Positions 44,575 through 61,700 of a stretch of DNA of 64,000 nt are shown in pieces (the stretch's first letter is position 1; every line of letters starts with the position of its first letter). The notes under the pieces were generated by a model. It was not told the DNA's origin and did not search any database. It worked only from the letters and a program-made list of their open reading frames with translations. Position numbers and translations under genes: made by a program. The DNA comes from Eledone cirrhosa (lineage: Eukaryota). The stretch is taken from assembly GCA_964016885.1 (NCBI GenBank), contig OZ024743.1, positions 215,946,001-216,010,000 of the forward strand, in the 5' to 3' direction.

Positions 44575-45198
44575 ATATATATATATAAGCCTTCGATAAC
44601 GAATGACCATGGGTTTTGAATCAAACTTATTCTCTGAGGCACAAGCCTAGGCAATCTGATTTATTTCTGAAGAATAGCCGTTTCCCATGTATACTAGACT
44701 TCTCTATCCACGGCAAATATGTTGTCCAAAGAAAGATTAAATGCTGAATCAGCTTGGCATCAATGACGTAATGTACTCATTTCTACAGCTTAGTGAGCTT
44801 AAACAGCGTGGAATATAATGACATGCTCCACGATTAAATGCATTACACTACGCGCAACCACACCTATGTATATCGAGTGGGTTAATCGGGCGGGTGCTCT
44901 ATGGATTAATACTGGATGTTGGTTTACAAACACACCGAACATTATAATAAATGTTCGGTGAAACCATACGTACATATATATATGTGTGCATGTATGTATA
45001 TATATATACATACTACTGTACGTCTGTCTACATATATGTATGTACGTGTGCATACTTATATATATGTATATACATATATATGTATATATATATATATATA
45101 TATATAAAGTAATTCCGTCGGAAAAGTCCAGGAAAAAAGAGTGCTCTGTGTATGTAAACAGAGCTTAATAGTTATGTAATAAATATTTATTACATAAC

Positions 45199-45248
<50 letters not shown>

Positions 45249-45417
45249 TATATATGTAGATATATATGTATACGAGTGCATGTGATTGATTTGTGCACGT
45301 ATCTATTTAGATGTGGAAGTATCTATATACACGTAATAGCAGACCCCCGCGTACAGGCAATAGCGCATGCATACATAAACTTACTCACAAAACACAAACA
45401 AACACTCATACGTGCGT

Positions 45418-45483
<66 letters not shown>

Positions 45484-45485
<2 letters not shown>

Positions 45486-45902
45486 TTGGGGGTGGTCATA
45501 TTTGTGTAATATTGCCAGAATTAATAACAGAACACACTCACTGTTTGGATGGGTTTCGCTTTTCGCTTCTGTGTCTTTTATATCGGTAATCTAATTTATT
45601 CGGTCCTGAATGTTGCCATTGACTGATTAACGGTCAAAAATAATACAGATACAATATAGACACAAACACATATATATAGTTTGTCAAAGTTCTTTTGTTG
45701 CACATCTGCAACATCGTCAGTGGTGCTATTGTTTCCTCCCGTTGCATTGTATTTTCTACGCCAATAGCACCACTGACGATGTTGCAGATCTGCAACGAAA
45801 TAACTTTGATAAACTATATATATGTGTTTGTGTCTATATTGTATATGTATTATTTTTGACCGTTAGTCAGTCAATGGCATCATTCAGGACCGAATAGCTT
45901 AG

Positions 45903-45905
<3 letters not shown>
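45484..45905. mobile_element. Inverted-pLTR element of the 41.9-kb family (duplicate at ~52735-53155)
   Basis: Head-to-head arms with CTGACGA...GAAA motifs at 45683-45724(-, GAAA>AAAA), 45769-45810(+), 53020-53061(+). Confidence 0.8.
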
Positions 45906-45959
<54 letters not shown>

Positions 45960-45965
<6 letters not shown>

Positions 45966-46925
45966 AATGAATAATAACAGGTAGACATCATAAAAAAGGT
46001 AATTTATTCCGTTTCCACCGTGGTTATACAGCCTAGTTATGCTATGTGCAAATTTATAACTATTTCCAAAACTCAATTATCATATGCTGTTACCACTGTA
46101 TCCTCAGAGCAGAATGGTTAAAATGTAAAATGTAAATCGCCTTAAGGGAATTATTGGGGAAGATAGAGTAGAAAAGGAAGAGAGAAGGAAAGGGACAGGG
46201 AGAGAGAGAGATATGCAGAGGTTGGAGAAGTGGTTTGTAGAATACAGATATCTTAATCAAAATGTTGTGGTAGGGGTTTCATTATACTGCTTACTCTCGA
46301 AGCGACAGCCTTAAGCGATGCGTTGATAGTTAAGGTTGGAATTATGTATTGCCACAGAGGGTAGGTTCTTAGAGGTGGAGAGGGAGAGAGGTGGACTGAG
46401 GGCGAACGATAGATAGAGAGAGAGAGGGGGGGTGGAGAGAGAGGAAGAGATAGAGAGAGGACAGACAAAGTTATGGGATGGGTGTACATTGAGTTCATAG
46501 TTGTAGGCTACAATTTGCAGTTAAGTATCGATTTATAGTGACAAGCAGGGTATTGTCTTGTAGTGTGGGGGATATAGTTAAGAATTTGTTATTGAGAGAA
46601 GGTAGTTAGCGAGAAAGCAATGTTATAGTTACGGGTTCGAATGTTAAGTTATTTTATAGTGAGAGAATTTAGCCTTCAGTTTGTGGTTGCATTATAATGA
46701 TCGCTCGATTCTGTCATTTAGTAATTTATTTTGGGATTTTAGGATGTAAAGAGTTACAGGTTACATGAGGATACATTGGTAACAGCATAAGATAATTGAG
46801 TTTTGCAAATAGTTATAAATTTGCACATATCATAACTAGGCAGTATAACCACCGTGGAAACATTTGTAAGCAGACGGAATAAATTACCTTTTTATGATGT
46901 CTACCTGTTATTATTCATTCTTTAT
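45960..46925 (-). mobile_element. Naiad-like PLE 3' remnant with inverted pLTR (duplicate ~53190-54150)
   Basis: Minus translation LYILKSQNKLLNDRIERSL*CNHKLK resembles the C-terminus of the 16-kb element; 45960-46107 mirrored by 46766-46925. Confidence 0.75.
46766..46874 (+). ncRNA. HHR with 85-nt stem II (complete only as a composite with 46011-46113 -)
   Basis: tctgct-CTGAGGA (from left arm) ... nested helices gtggt/accac, acagc/gctgt, tatgata/tatcata, tgcaaat/atttgca ... GAAA-catttg-TA-agcaga. Confidence 0.65.
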
Positions 46926-47064
46926 CTCCATTCCGGAATACAGAAGGATCAGGAACTGAGTTTCTTCAACTATTCTTCCATAACTCGTTGAGTAACCCCT
47001 CACCGTACGTCAACTCTATCTAGTGTAGTAATTAACCATTACTGCATCCAGGATAATCCTATAC

Positions 47065-47133
<69 letters not shown>

Positions 47134-47242
47134 ATGTGTTTATGTATGTATGTATATGTGTTTATGTATGTATATATATATATATATGTATGTATGTATA
47201 TATATATGTATGTATATATATATATATATATATATGTGTATA

Positions 47243-47287
<45 letters not shown>

Positions 47288-47376
47288 TTATATCTATATG
47301 TGTATGTATATATATATATATGTGTGTATGTATATATATATATGTATATGTATCTATATATATATATAAATATATG

Positions 47377-47451
<75 letters not shown>

Positions 47452-47464
47452 GTATGTATATATA

Positions 47465-48371
47465 TAGTCTTTTAAGACTATACAGAGCATTTGATGTTAT
47501 TCCAAATTGAAGGATAAGTGTTTCAAATTTTATTTTCTCATAAGTTAAAGGTCTATGGATTTTTCCCTGGATTTTACTAAATTCTGTGGATGAATTTATA
47601 TCCTGATTCGCTTTTGAGATGAGTTTGAGTTATTTTTCCTAAATCTTTCGTTAACTACTTTTCCCATCTGGAGGTTATAGTCGCATATATGTTATAGAAT
47701 GCCGTTAGCTTCTTGCTAAAACAATCTCTATACCTCTCATTTATATTTATACTCGGATTCTTTTCCTAGAGTGCGTAAACTATCTGTGACTAATCCTGTT
47801 TTTTTTCATAAAAACTGTGATAATTATTGCTATGTTGCTGAACTCCTTTGTAGAGTTTTTTTCAGAATGTATTTGACTGCTATTTCTTGAAATAAACATT
47901 CACTTCCATCCTGACGTCACTAGCCCCGTATTTTCCTCATGTGCTTTTTCATAAATACACATGAAGGCGAACTAGCCAGTTTTAGAATTCCCTTTTTCGG
48001 ATTATATTACTGTGAGAGCCCTGGTTTCTGTTGAGCTCTGCTGATGAATTAAATTCCAACCGTGACCATCTCCACTGAAAGTTTTCATGAAATATTCTTT
48101 TAAGACTATACAGAGCATTTGATGTTATTCCAAATTGAAGGATAAGTGTTTCAAACTTTATTTTATCATGAGTTAAAGGTCTATAGATTTTTCCCTGGAT
48201 TTTACTAAATTCTGTGGATGAATTTATATCCTGATTCTCTTTTGAGATGAGTTTGAGTTATTTTTCCTAAATCTTTCGTTAACTACTTTTCCCATCTTGA
48301 CGTTATAGTCGCATATATGTTATAGAATGCTGTTAGCTTCTTGCTAAAACAATCTCTATACCTCTCATTTA

Positions 48372-48372
<1 letters not shown>
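47465..48372 (+). mobile_element. Non-coding partial-tandem element (628-bp unit) with HHR, flanked by (TA)n; retrozyme-like
   Basis: taagactatacagagc at 47473 and 48101; first unit starts inside HHR stem III. Confidence 0.82.
48035..48116 (+). ncRNA. Type I HHR with 41-nt stem II and full-length stem III
   Basis: gctctg-CTGATGA-at...cat-GAAA-tattcttttaagacta-TA-cagagc; first unit has perfect atagtct/agactat. Confidence 0.75.
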
Positions 48373-49409
<1,037 letters not shown>

Positions 49410-49413
<4 letters not shown>

Positions 49414-51460
49414 TAAAACAAAATGAAAACGAAATTTCATTTCTCACTCTTAGTATGGCACTTACTTAAATGTAAGTATGCATGTATACGTACATACATA
49501 TATGTATACAGACGTACAGTAGCATGCACATATATACATATATATATATATATATATACACATATATATACATATGCATACAGGTACACATACATATATG
49601 CACGTATCAGTTTAGCGGCGCTAACGTCGCTTTGTTCGTTTGTAAACAAACTGAACAGCCTGAATTTATGCCATACGGTGTTAAGGCAACCACGTCACCT
49701 TTTTGTTCAACACTGACACAGGAACGATGTACTAGTTTCAAGCTTGTTAGCTATCATCAGCACCGTTTACCCATCTGCCAGATAGTTGAACGTTCGAAAG
49801 TATATACTTTCCTTATGAAAATTAACGGCTGAGCAGCCTAATTTGCATATTGAGTGAGTTAAATCGGTTAGGCATACCGAAAACGATAAATTAAAACAAA
49901 ATGAAAACGAAATTTCATTTCTCACTCTTAGTATGGCACTTACTTAAATGTAAGTATGCATGTATACGTACATACATATATGTATACAGACGTACAGTAG
50001 CATGCACATATATACATATATATATATATATATATACACATATATATACATATGCATACAGGTACACATACATATATGCACGTATCAGTTTAGCGGCGCT
50101 AACGTCGCTTTGTTCGTTTGTAAACAAACTGAACAGCCTGAATTTATGCCATACGGTGTTAAGGCAACCACGTCACCTTTTTGTTCAACACTGACACAGG
50201 AACGATGTACTAGTTTCAAGCTTGTTAGCTATCATCAGCACCGTTTACCCATCTGCCAGATAGTTGAACGTTCGAAAGTATATACTTTCCTTATGAAAAT
50301 TAACGGCTGAGCAGCCTAATTTGCATATTGAGTGAGTTAAATCGGTTAGGCATACCGAAAACGATAAATTAAAACAAAATGAAAACGAAATTTCATTTCT
50401 CACTCTTAGTATGGCACTTACTTAAATGTAAGTATGCATGTATACGTACATACATATATGTATACAGACGTACAGTAGCATGCACATATATACATATATA
50501 TATATATATATATACACATATATATACATATGCATACAGGTACACATACATATATGCACGTATCAGTTTAGCGGCGCTAACGTCGCTTTGTTCGTTTGTA
50601 AACAAACTGAACAGCCTGAATTTATGCCATACGGTGTTAAGGCAACCACGTCACCTTTTTGTTCAACACTGACACAGGAATGATGTACTAGTTTCAAGCT
50701 TGTTAGCTATCATCAGCACCGTTTACCCATCTGCCAGATAGTTGAACGTTCGAAAGTATATACTTTCCTTATGAAAATTAACGGCTGAGCAGCCTAATTT
50801 GCATATTGAGTGAGTTAAATCGGTTAGGCATACCGAAAACGATAAATTAAAACAAAATGAAAACGAAATTTCATTTCTCACTCTTAGTATGGCACTTACT
50901 TAAATGTAAGTATGCATGTATACGTACATACATATATGTATACAGACGTACAGTAGCATGCACATATATACATATATATATATATATATATACACATATA
51001 TATACATATGCATACAGGTACACATACATATATGCACGTATCGTTTTCGGTATGCCTAACCGATTTAACTCACTCAATATGCAAATTAGGCTGCTCAGCC
51101 GTTAATTTTCATAAGGAAAGTATATACTTTCGAACGTTCAACTATCTGGCAGATGGGTAAACGGTGCTGATGATAGCTAACAAGCTTGAAACTAGTACAT
51201 CGTTCCTGTGTCAGTGTTGAACAAAAAGGTGACGTGGTTGCCTTAACACCGTATGGCATAAATTCAGGCTGTTCAGTTTGTTTACAAACGAACAAAGCGA
51301 CGTTAGCGCCGCTAAACTGATACGTGCATATATGTATGTGTACCTGTATGCATATGTATATATATGTGTATATATATATATATATATATGTATATATGTG
51401 CATGCTACTGTACGTCTGTATACATATATGTATGTACGTATACATGCATACTTACATTTA
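49410..51460 (-). mobile_element. Retrozyme-like array: ~3.4 direct 478-bp units (49410-51041) plus an inverted unit (~51040-51460), flanked by (TA)n
   Basis: Identical ORF-track entries at 49423/49901/50379/50857; one HHR per unit; no coding capacity. Confidence 0.9.
49723..49767 (-). ncRNA. Minimal Type I HHR (copies 50201-50245 -, 50679-50723 -, 51160-51204 +)
   Basis: aacggtg-CTGATGA-t-agct/aaca/agct-t-GAAA-ctag-TA-catcgtt; 7-bp stem I, palindromic ACTAGT stem III, GUA site. Confidence 0.85.
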
Positions 51461-51480
51461 TATATATATATATATATATA

Positions 51481-51511
<31 letters not shown>

Positions 51512-51596
51512 TTATTTATATATATATATATATATGTATTTATATATATATATATATTTATTTATATATATATATATATTTATTTATATATATGTA

Positions 51597-51663
<67 letters not shown>

Positions 51664-51714
51664 TTATTTATATATTTATATATTTATTTATAAATATATA
51701 TATATATATTTATT

Positions 51715-51749
<35 letters not shown>

Positions 51750-51763
51750 ATATTTATTTATAT

Positions 51764-54448
<2,685 letters not shown>

Positions 54449-54466
54449 GTATGTATATATATATAT

Positions 54467-55423
54467 ACTAGACATGAAAAATGCGCAAGCTCAAAAGTGC
54501 CACAGAATGTTATAATAAACCTTCAAAAGTGTGGGACTAGAGTTGTTGCTAAAAAATATTGTAATCATTATATATCGTACATTCTGTGGCATCCTTTATA
54601 AAAATAGCTTAAACCAACGAAGCCTTTATTTTTACGCTATTTCACTTAGTTAATTCTTAGAGTGTAACATATAAAAATATGATTTACAACTATAAAATAA
54701 ATTAATTAATATAATAACAGAGCTGCGGAGCTGAAATTTAGGAAATAATGGAGTATCGGATCCTGAGTTGGAGCCAGTCAATTTTTGGCCGACTCTGCAG
54801 CCCTGTATAATACATTTCATATTAAAGTTATTAATAAACCTATTTTACACTTCATGCAAATTACCATGAGATATTGATATTAGATATAAGATACAGCGCA
54901 ATATCTACAGCTGTAAAAGTACGAAAGCGAAGTAATAATAAGTGGCTTAAGGTAATTCCAATATGAAAGTTTGTAGTGATAAAAATTTGATAATGCAATA
55001 CGATTGTTAAAATTATAGTTCTATGAAAATGTAACAATAGATAACTAAATTATTTTACTATTAGTATATTTAAGAAATTATCATTATAGATTTGATCGTT
55101 CATATAAGCATCATATTAAGTTTCAACACAATTATTTTGTTACTATGAGTATATGATAATAATATTACGTAATTATTTATAGCTGTTATTACATTAAACA
55201 TAGATGTATTTATTTTTATATGTTACACTCTAAGAATTAACTAAGTGAAATAGCGTAAAAATAAAGGCTTCGTTGGTTTAAGCTATTTTTATAAAGGATG
55301 CCACAGAATGTACGATATATAATGATTACAATATTTTTTAGCAACAACTCTAGTCCCACACTTTTGAAGGTTTATTATAACATTCTGTGGCACTTTTGAG
55401 CTTGCGCATTTTTCATGTCTAGT
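54467..55423. repeat. 213-bp inverted repeat pair (54467-54679 / 55211-55423) with ~530-bp spacer
   Basis: actagacatgaaaaatgcgcaagctc... vs ...gagcttgcgcatttttcatgtctagt; no mismatch seen by eye. Confidence 0.9.
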
Positions 55424-55979
55424 TTAATATTTTTTTAAGGCAACGCTTGTAATAACTCTAGTTAAACAGGATATATATTAATAATAAATTATCGTTGTAA
55501 TGTAATTAGATTATGTAATTGTTATTCTAAATTATCTTATAAATATTAGTGTAAGATGTATAAAAATATTTTCAGACTTTTAATATAAACAACTACAAAA
55601 AACAATCAATATTAAATCAATATATTATACATAATAGAAAACATAAAATAAACAATACAAAAACAAAATATTTACATACAATTGCAATTATCAGTGTATA
55701 TACATTTTCTTTATATTCCCTGAGCAAATTAATAAGATTTGTTTTTATTGTACATAATTTGATGACTTGTTGGAGTGTATTAAAAGATAGCAACAATTTG
55801 TGATTAAATTGTTATCTTAAGCAACTCACTTTTTAATAGTTGTTGGCTGAGCGAAATTGTAAAAGCCTATGAGCAAATATAAAAAAAAATACACAAACAA
55901 CATTTCCTTGTGTTATTACAACATTAGATAAAATAATTGAGCAATGTCGTTATATTTTGCTCTTATTGCACATTAATAG

Positions 55980-56145
55980 TGTTTCTATTTTTCGGCACAA
56001 ATCCATTACGGCAGTCCATTACTGGTACTTTATTTTATCGAATTAGTAAGTATGAAAGTCGAAGTTAACCTCGGCAGGATTTGAACTTAGAATGCAAAGG
56101 ACCATAACAATACTGCAAAGCATGGTGTATGACGCTCTACCAAAA
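55980..56145 (-). mobile_element. SINE copy
   Basis: ctggtactttattttatcga..aacctcggcaggatttgaac..gacgctctacc. Confidence 0.75.
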
Positions 56146-56614
56146 CTTGTGTTGAGCTGGTCATTAATTTATGGTGGTCGTGCGTGGAGTAGAGCAATCG
56201 CTAGTTGACATATTATGAACAAAACATTTTTATTTGCCGAAGAACATATTTTCAATACTGTTTGTGAATGTGACGAAGGAAATACATTCTGATATGGAAC
56301 AGTGTACAAAGTGTGTCTGTGAATAACATAATGTTACCTCATGTTGTTGTCAAGACATAATGGATTTCGTATATCCAGTTAGAAGATGAAACCTAGCCAT
56401 CTCGGATTAGTTATATTTCATGCCATGTGTAAACGTGTTTGAGGATAGCAAAATATGCGTGTTTCTTGTCTGGAAACTTTCTGCTAAACTGATTGGTTTC
56501 GTTTTTGGCACTATACAATACTCATCCAACAGATAGCTGTATTGGATCCTTGATTGGTTAATATTTAGGTGAGGGTGCTTGATGCAGAGTTAGTGCAAAA
56601 TGGATCAATGAGTG

Positions 56615-57270
56615 TAATAATAATAATGATAATAATAATGAAAATATTGTGTACAATGCTGAGGTGCACTACAACTCATCAAAAGTGCATATATAATACA
56701 TAGGGTAATATAAAAACGTCAGGAAAAAAGAACAGTGCATGAGTCATGATATACACATATGTGCATGTGTATGGAAGGGGGACATCAGGTGTAGTTTTGG
56801 TGTATTTCGGAATGTATGATGGTTTTAAAGGATGCAGTGTGTCATCAGCTAACAACTGATGCAGGAAGTTTGTTCCATCCTTCAGCAACTCTGAGCATGA
56901 AGAAATATTTCCTAAAGTCATGGGAGCTGTGTTGTTTTCTGACTTTGTAGGCATGTCCACGTGTTAGACACATGGAGATCAAAAAGGTGTTCGGGGTTGT
57001 TGTTGGTCGGATGGTTAATAACTTTGTGGGTGTTTACCAAGTCCATTGCCAGAGGGAAGCAAAATATTCAGGGTATGGTAGGTGTCTGATGGAGGGTATG
57101 CGCTTGGTTGCATGTCTCTGAACAGTTTCCAGGAGGTCAATGTTCTGAGCAAGATAGGGGTTCCAGACTGATGACGCGAACTCCAAGTGTATTCGTACCA
57201 TAGATGTATACAGCTTTAAATAGATGGCTGGAGAGCAGCTAATGAAGGTCTTGCTGATTGATGCCAAGTC
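56615..57270 (-). mobile_element. CR1-clade LINE 3' fragment
   Basis: LKLYTSMVRIHLEFASSVWNPY..NIDLLETVQRHATKRIP; (TTA)n-type tail at 56615-56640. Confidence 0.85.
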
Positions 57271-58762
57271 AATCTTAATAAATTGACTGATTTATCTGTT
57301 CACTACTGCTAATCCACCGCTGTTTGTACAATTTTTTAGATAATGTCAATTTGAGCTTGAATCATTGGCGTAATGAAATTTGAAAAGATTATAAGCAAAT
57401 CTTTTTTAAAATACACAGACAACATTTAACTGCATCGTTGCAACATTAGATCTAATAATGGAGCAAAATTTGTGCAGAATTATTGTTTGTGCAATAAGAT
57501 ATTTTTTTTTCTCCTATTGTTGATTTAAATTTCATATGTCGATTATTATAGTTGAATTAATAAAAAAATTAAATATTACATACAAATAGTTTAACATAAT
57601 AATAAAAAAAATAATCCAACATAATAATAATAAAATAATTTAACACAAAACAAACAATATAGACAAATATACAAGTAAATATGATACAACCAATATTATA
57701 AGCATGTTATATAAATAAATCTTGTAATTTAATATATAATAGTTAATAATTACTTTTACAAAAGCATATTATATTGGCAAATGGACAAGTAACTATTAAC
57801 TAGATCATTCATATAAAAGTAAATAAAGGTTACAATCAATATTGGAAGGTGCATTATAAAGATATGTAAATAAAAAACGTTATAATTTATTTTAATATAT
57901 TTTTAAAATATAAGACTAAAAAAAAATTTTTTAAAGAAAGCATAAAATACAAAACAAAATATAGTTGACACCACACAATGTGCAGATATATAATTTTAGT
58001 CAGCCATATTAATCCAAAGTATTAGAGGATTTTTGTGTTGCTAAAAAAGGCACAAAAATAGTGTATGTATTTTCACATAAAAGGCTTTACCTTATATAAT
58101 TATCTCATATAATATTGAATCTACGAGAGTTTTATGTTATTTGTTTTGAGAAAAATACCTTACTATCAGTATGAGTGGCTAATTATGGCCAGTTTGAATA
58201 GAAAGAGGCGAGAGAATTATGGTCGGATATGGTCTCTTTAAATGCTAAAGCGCTAGAGAGTTTCTGGTACAAAAATTAATACATTGGAATTTAAAATATA
58301 ATACAACATTGAAAGTAGTTGATATAATGGATAAAAAATAAAAGATTTATAAAATTAGATAATAATAGATAAAAATATGCTTAATTTAAGATAAAATATT
58401 GATAAAATTATAATACATAAAAATTGATATCATACGGAGAGTATAGTTCAGTGACAAAATGGTCACACGAATATGGTTGAGTGACATGTGTTTTCAATAT
58501 TATATCTCAAAAGGCCATAGTAGCTGCAAACCAATTTCACAATTTCCCGAGGGTAAAAAAAACAGCAGACATTCACCATGAAGATAATATATCTCAATGG
58601 TGGGACTGGATTCATATTCTAATAAATTCAGAAATGCCCTAAAGAAATAGAAACAAAGCAATAGTTAGAGATAACAAGACATCTCTCAACCTCTGTTACT
58701 TTTTCTTAGGATCAAGCAAATTTTTCAAAAAATGCTTGCTGCTGTACATTGGCGGTGAAAGT

Positions 58763-61700
58763 TCAATTCAACTTTTCTAAAAACAACAGGTAGTTGTTAA
58801 GCAGTTTCGACGGGAAACCTATATACTGCTTGGAAAAAACGGCATCGTTAATAATGTCCCATCTGTCCTGATTGCGGACGATGCTGGTGTAGTGCCCGGA
58901 GTCTGCACTAGCCAGTGAATGCAAGACGGAGCCGATTAGTCGGAATTTTTGGCCGTAAATGCTCTGCTTGTTCGGAGAGAAATTCATCAACTCAGAATCA
59001 ATTCTGATCATCTGATTGTTTGTATATTCGAATCTATTCAAATAAACAACCAAGTAACGCATTGTGTTTGGAAATACATGGTTAACTGTACCAAAGTGCT
59101 CGGTGTCAATGCCACACAGATCGCATCTCTTAATGAGCGAAACATCAGTTTTGAGCAAGCTTTTGAATTGCTGCCGACCATTAACAGGCTGCAACGTCAG
59201 ATCAGACTTGACATCAGTTATATGTGTGCAAGTGCCACAGCCGTTGATCGATGCACAATAACATTCATCATTGTGCAATCTGGGGCAATTGTGCTCGTGT
59301 TTTCTAGTGCAGCTGAGCCAAGTATTTTCCTCAAAGGTGAATAGTTGTTTAATTTTTTTAGAGAACAACTGATAAATGTGCTTCCAAAAATCGTGCGCAC
59401 ACTGTTGGGTACCATTATTAAACCTGCCACCGAGAATATTTCTCAAATTTGCGACCGATTTAGTTCCAGATGACGATATAATATCGCTAATTTCACGAAT
59501 AGCAACATCATCAGTGGACTGAATGTGTTCAACCAACAACACCAGCTGGCGTATAACTTGCATGGTGCTGTTTACAAAGCAAGCATTTCTCTCATTGATC
59601 AGCGAAATGTACGGCTTTGCAACCGTTTTCTCAGTTCTGGCCTTTTTTGGATTCGCCAAGTTGACCATTCCACTGTCAATATTAATAGCAAATTTACTTT
59701 TTTTAGTTGCTTTTTTGGCCTGTCCAATACTGTTGGGCCTCACGTTACACAATGGAAGCGGTCCCATATTAATGGTCTCTCTCAAATAATTGTATTCTCT
59801 CCAAGCACTAGAGTCGCACATGATCAAACTCGTTGGATCAAGATCAATCAAGTAAACATTGCACAGTTTGCGGGCTCTAGACAAGGCTACATAGGCCATA
59901 CCGTCTGCAAAAACGCCAGTGCCCAAATCAACAACGACTCCATCGACACTTATTCCCTGTGATTTGTGGATGGAAATTGCATATGCAATGCACAAGGGAT
60001 ATTGTTCTCTAGTGATAAAAACACTAGGAGACAATTCGTAATCGGCTTTGACACGTTTGATGGCAACAATTTGGTTTGTACTCTCAAAGAGAACGTCAAT
60101 GGAAGTAATTTTTCCAAACTCATAATTGAGTTGCTTTACAGTTCCCATTGCACCATTGCACAAGCCTTTCTCAAGATCGATGTTGCGTTTAAGCATAACT
60201 CGAGCATTAACGCCAACTTTAAGAACAGTTTCAAGGCCAGCAGTATCAGAAGTCTTTTTAGTGGTCAGCTTTTTTCTTATTGTTTTCTTTTGACATTTGG
60301 TTTGCCTCATATTCGAATCAATAGCCAGAAGTTCAACGGTATTAATGCCAAGTTTATTGAGCATTGCAGCGTTAAACTTTTCTACTGACTCGTTTAGAGG
60401 CATGATACAGACGATACTCAAATTAGAAGTCTGTATCAGCTCACACATTTTGTAAGCAACCTGATCAATGGAAGCTTTGCCGTTGAGATCAATTCTATGC
60501 TTATTTAGAATTTCAATATCTGAATCAAGTGGTGAACCCAGCCTTATTCGGCCGAGCATGTCAACATAATTATCCAAGTCTTCTTTCTGACGCATGTTGA
60601 CTGTCAACTCGTCGTACTTGAAGTACCTCCACAAATGGTGGCTGCTGACGCCTATGCATGATCTTTGTGCATCTTGGTGAGTAACTTTGTTAAACACCGG
60701 CTTTTCTCTAACAGGCGGTAATTGAAGCAAATCTCCAAAAACAACAATGTTCATTCGCCCGAAAGGAGAAATGCCTTGGGCAAAGTCACAAAACAATTGG
60801 CACAATCTCAAGTGAATGAATGCCAACTGCAAATGACTGACCATGCTAATCTCATCGATTATGATCAGTCGGACATATTGAAGCCCCATCCTCAGCATTT
60901 TCAAAAAGTCCTTTGGTAGATCATCGTACACGGGAGTTTTACCGTGCTGCACTTTGAGCTTTAGCATTCGATGAACAGTCATGCCGTTGAGTTGGAAAGC
61001 AGCCATTCCTGTGGGTGCCGATATCACTACGCTCGGGCCATTGTCATTTGGATACATGTACTGAATTTTATCAGCCAGTACATTTATCAAAAAACTCTTG
61101 CCCGTGCCACCAACACCTGAAACAAATTTCAAGACTTGTGGACAATCATCGCAACTACATCTCGGATAAGGTTTGCTGTTGTCCCAATGTTTGTCTTGTT
61201 TGTCAATACCGGCAACGATATCGTCATAAATTTTTCTTTGCACTTCATTCAGTTTATTTTCTTTATGCCTCAGTGCATCCTCATTGACATCTCTCATGCA
61301 AGGCAAATCGACATTAGCATCATCAACTGCCAACGCCTCCATATGATCACCGCAAGAATGGTCATCATTATCATGAGACTGAGGTTCGTTTTGAATATGT
61401 TTGGCTTGTTCCAGCGCATTCTCCAAACGTTTGCGCACATTCTGGAACCTGACCATTTCAGATAAATGGTTTGCACACTGTTCAAAAGACTCTTTATAAG
61501 TCTCACAACCTCCCAGCAAGTCTTTTTCCTCGTCTCGCCAAGGTTTAAAGAGTATAAGCAGGTTGTGGTGATAGCGCTCACGGGTATCTTCAGTCAATCT
61601 AATGTTTGGCGACTTCACAATCCGCTCTTTCACAGATTTGAAATAGCCAAGATTATTTCTCAACCTGAAGTCGTCATCAAAATTGCTGTTACCAATTGGA

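Larger units (their letters stand above)
44590..47068 (+). repeat. ~2.5-kb composite segment duplicated at 51816-54293
   Basis: Same order of sub-elements from ccttcgataacgaatg to ggataatcctatacctga; scattered substitutions, variable (TA)n lengths. Confidence 0.92.

Noticed and set aside
44660-44745. CTGAAGA with a gccgt/acggc stem (also ~51.9 kb)
   Set aside because: GAAA is not adjacent to the stem and stems I/III are unconvincing
46925-47068. Possible minus-strand HHR (GAAA-ctcag-TT)
   Set aside because: Core matches only 4-5 of 7 positions
49410-51041. CRISPR-like array or repeated 97-116 aa gene
   Set aside because: Units are identical with no spacers, the context is eukaryotic, and the ORFs are microsatellite-derived
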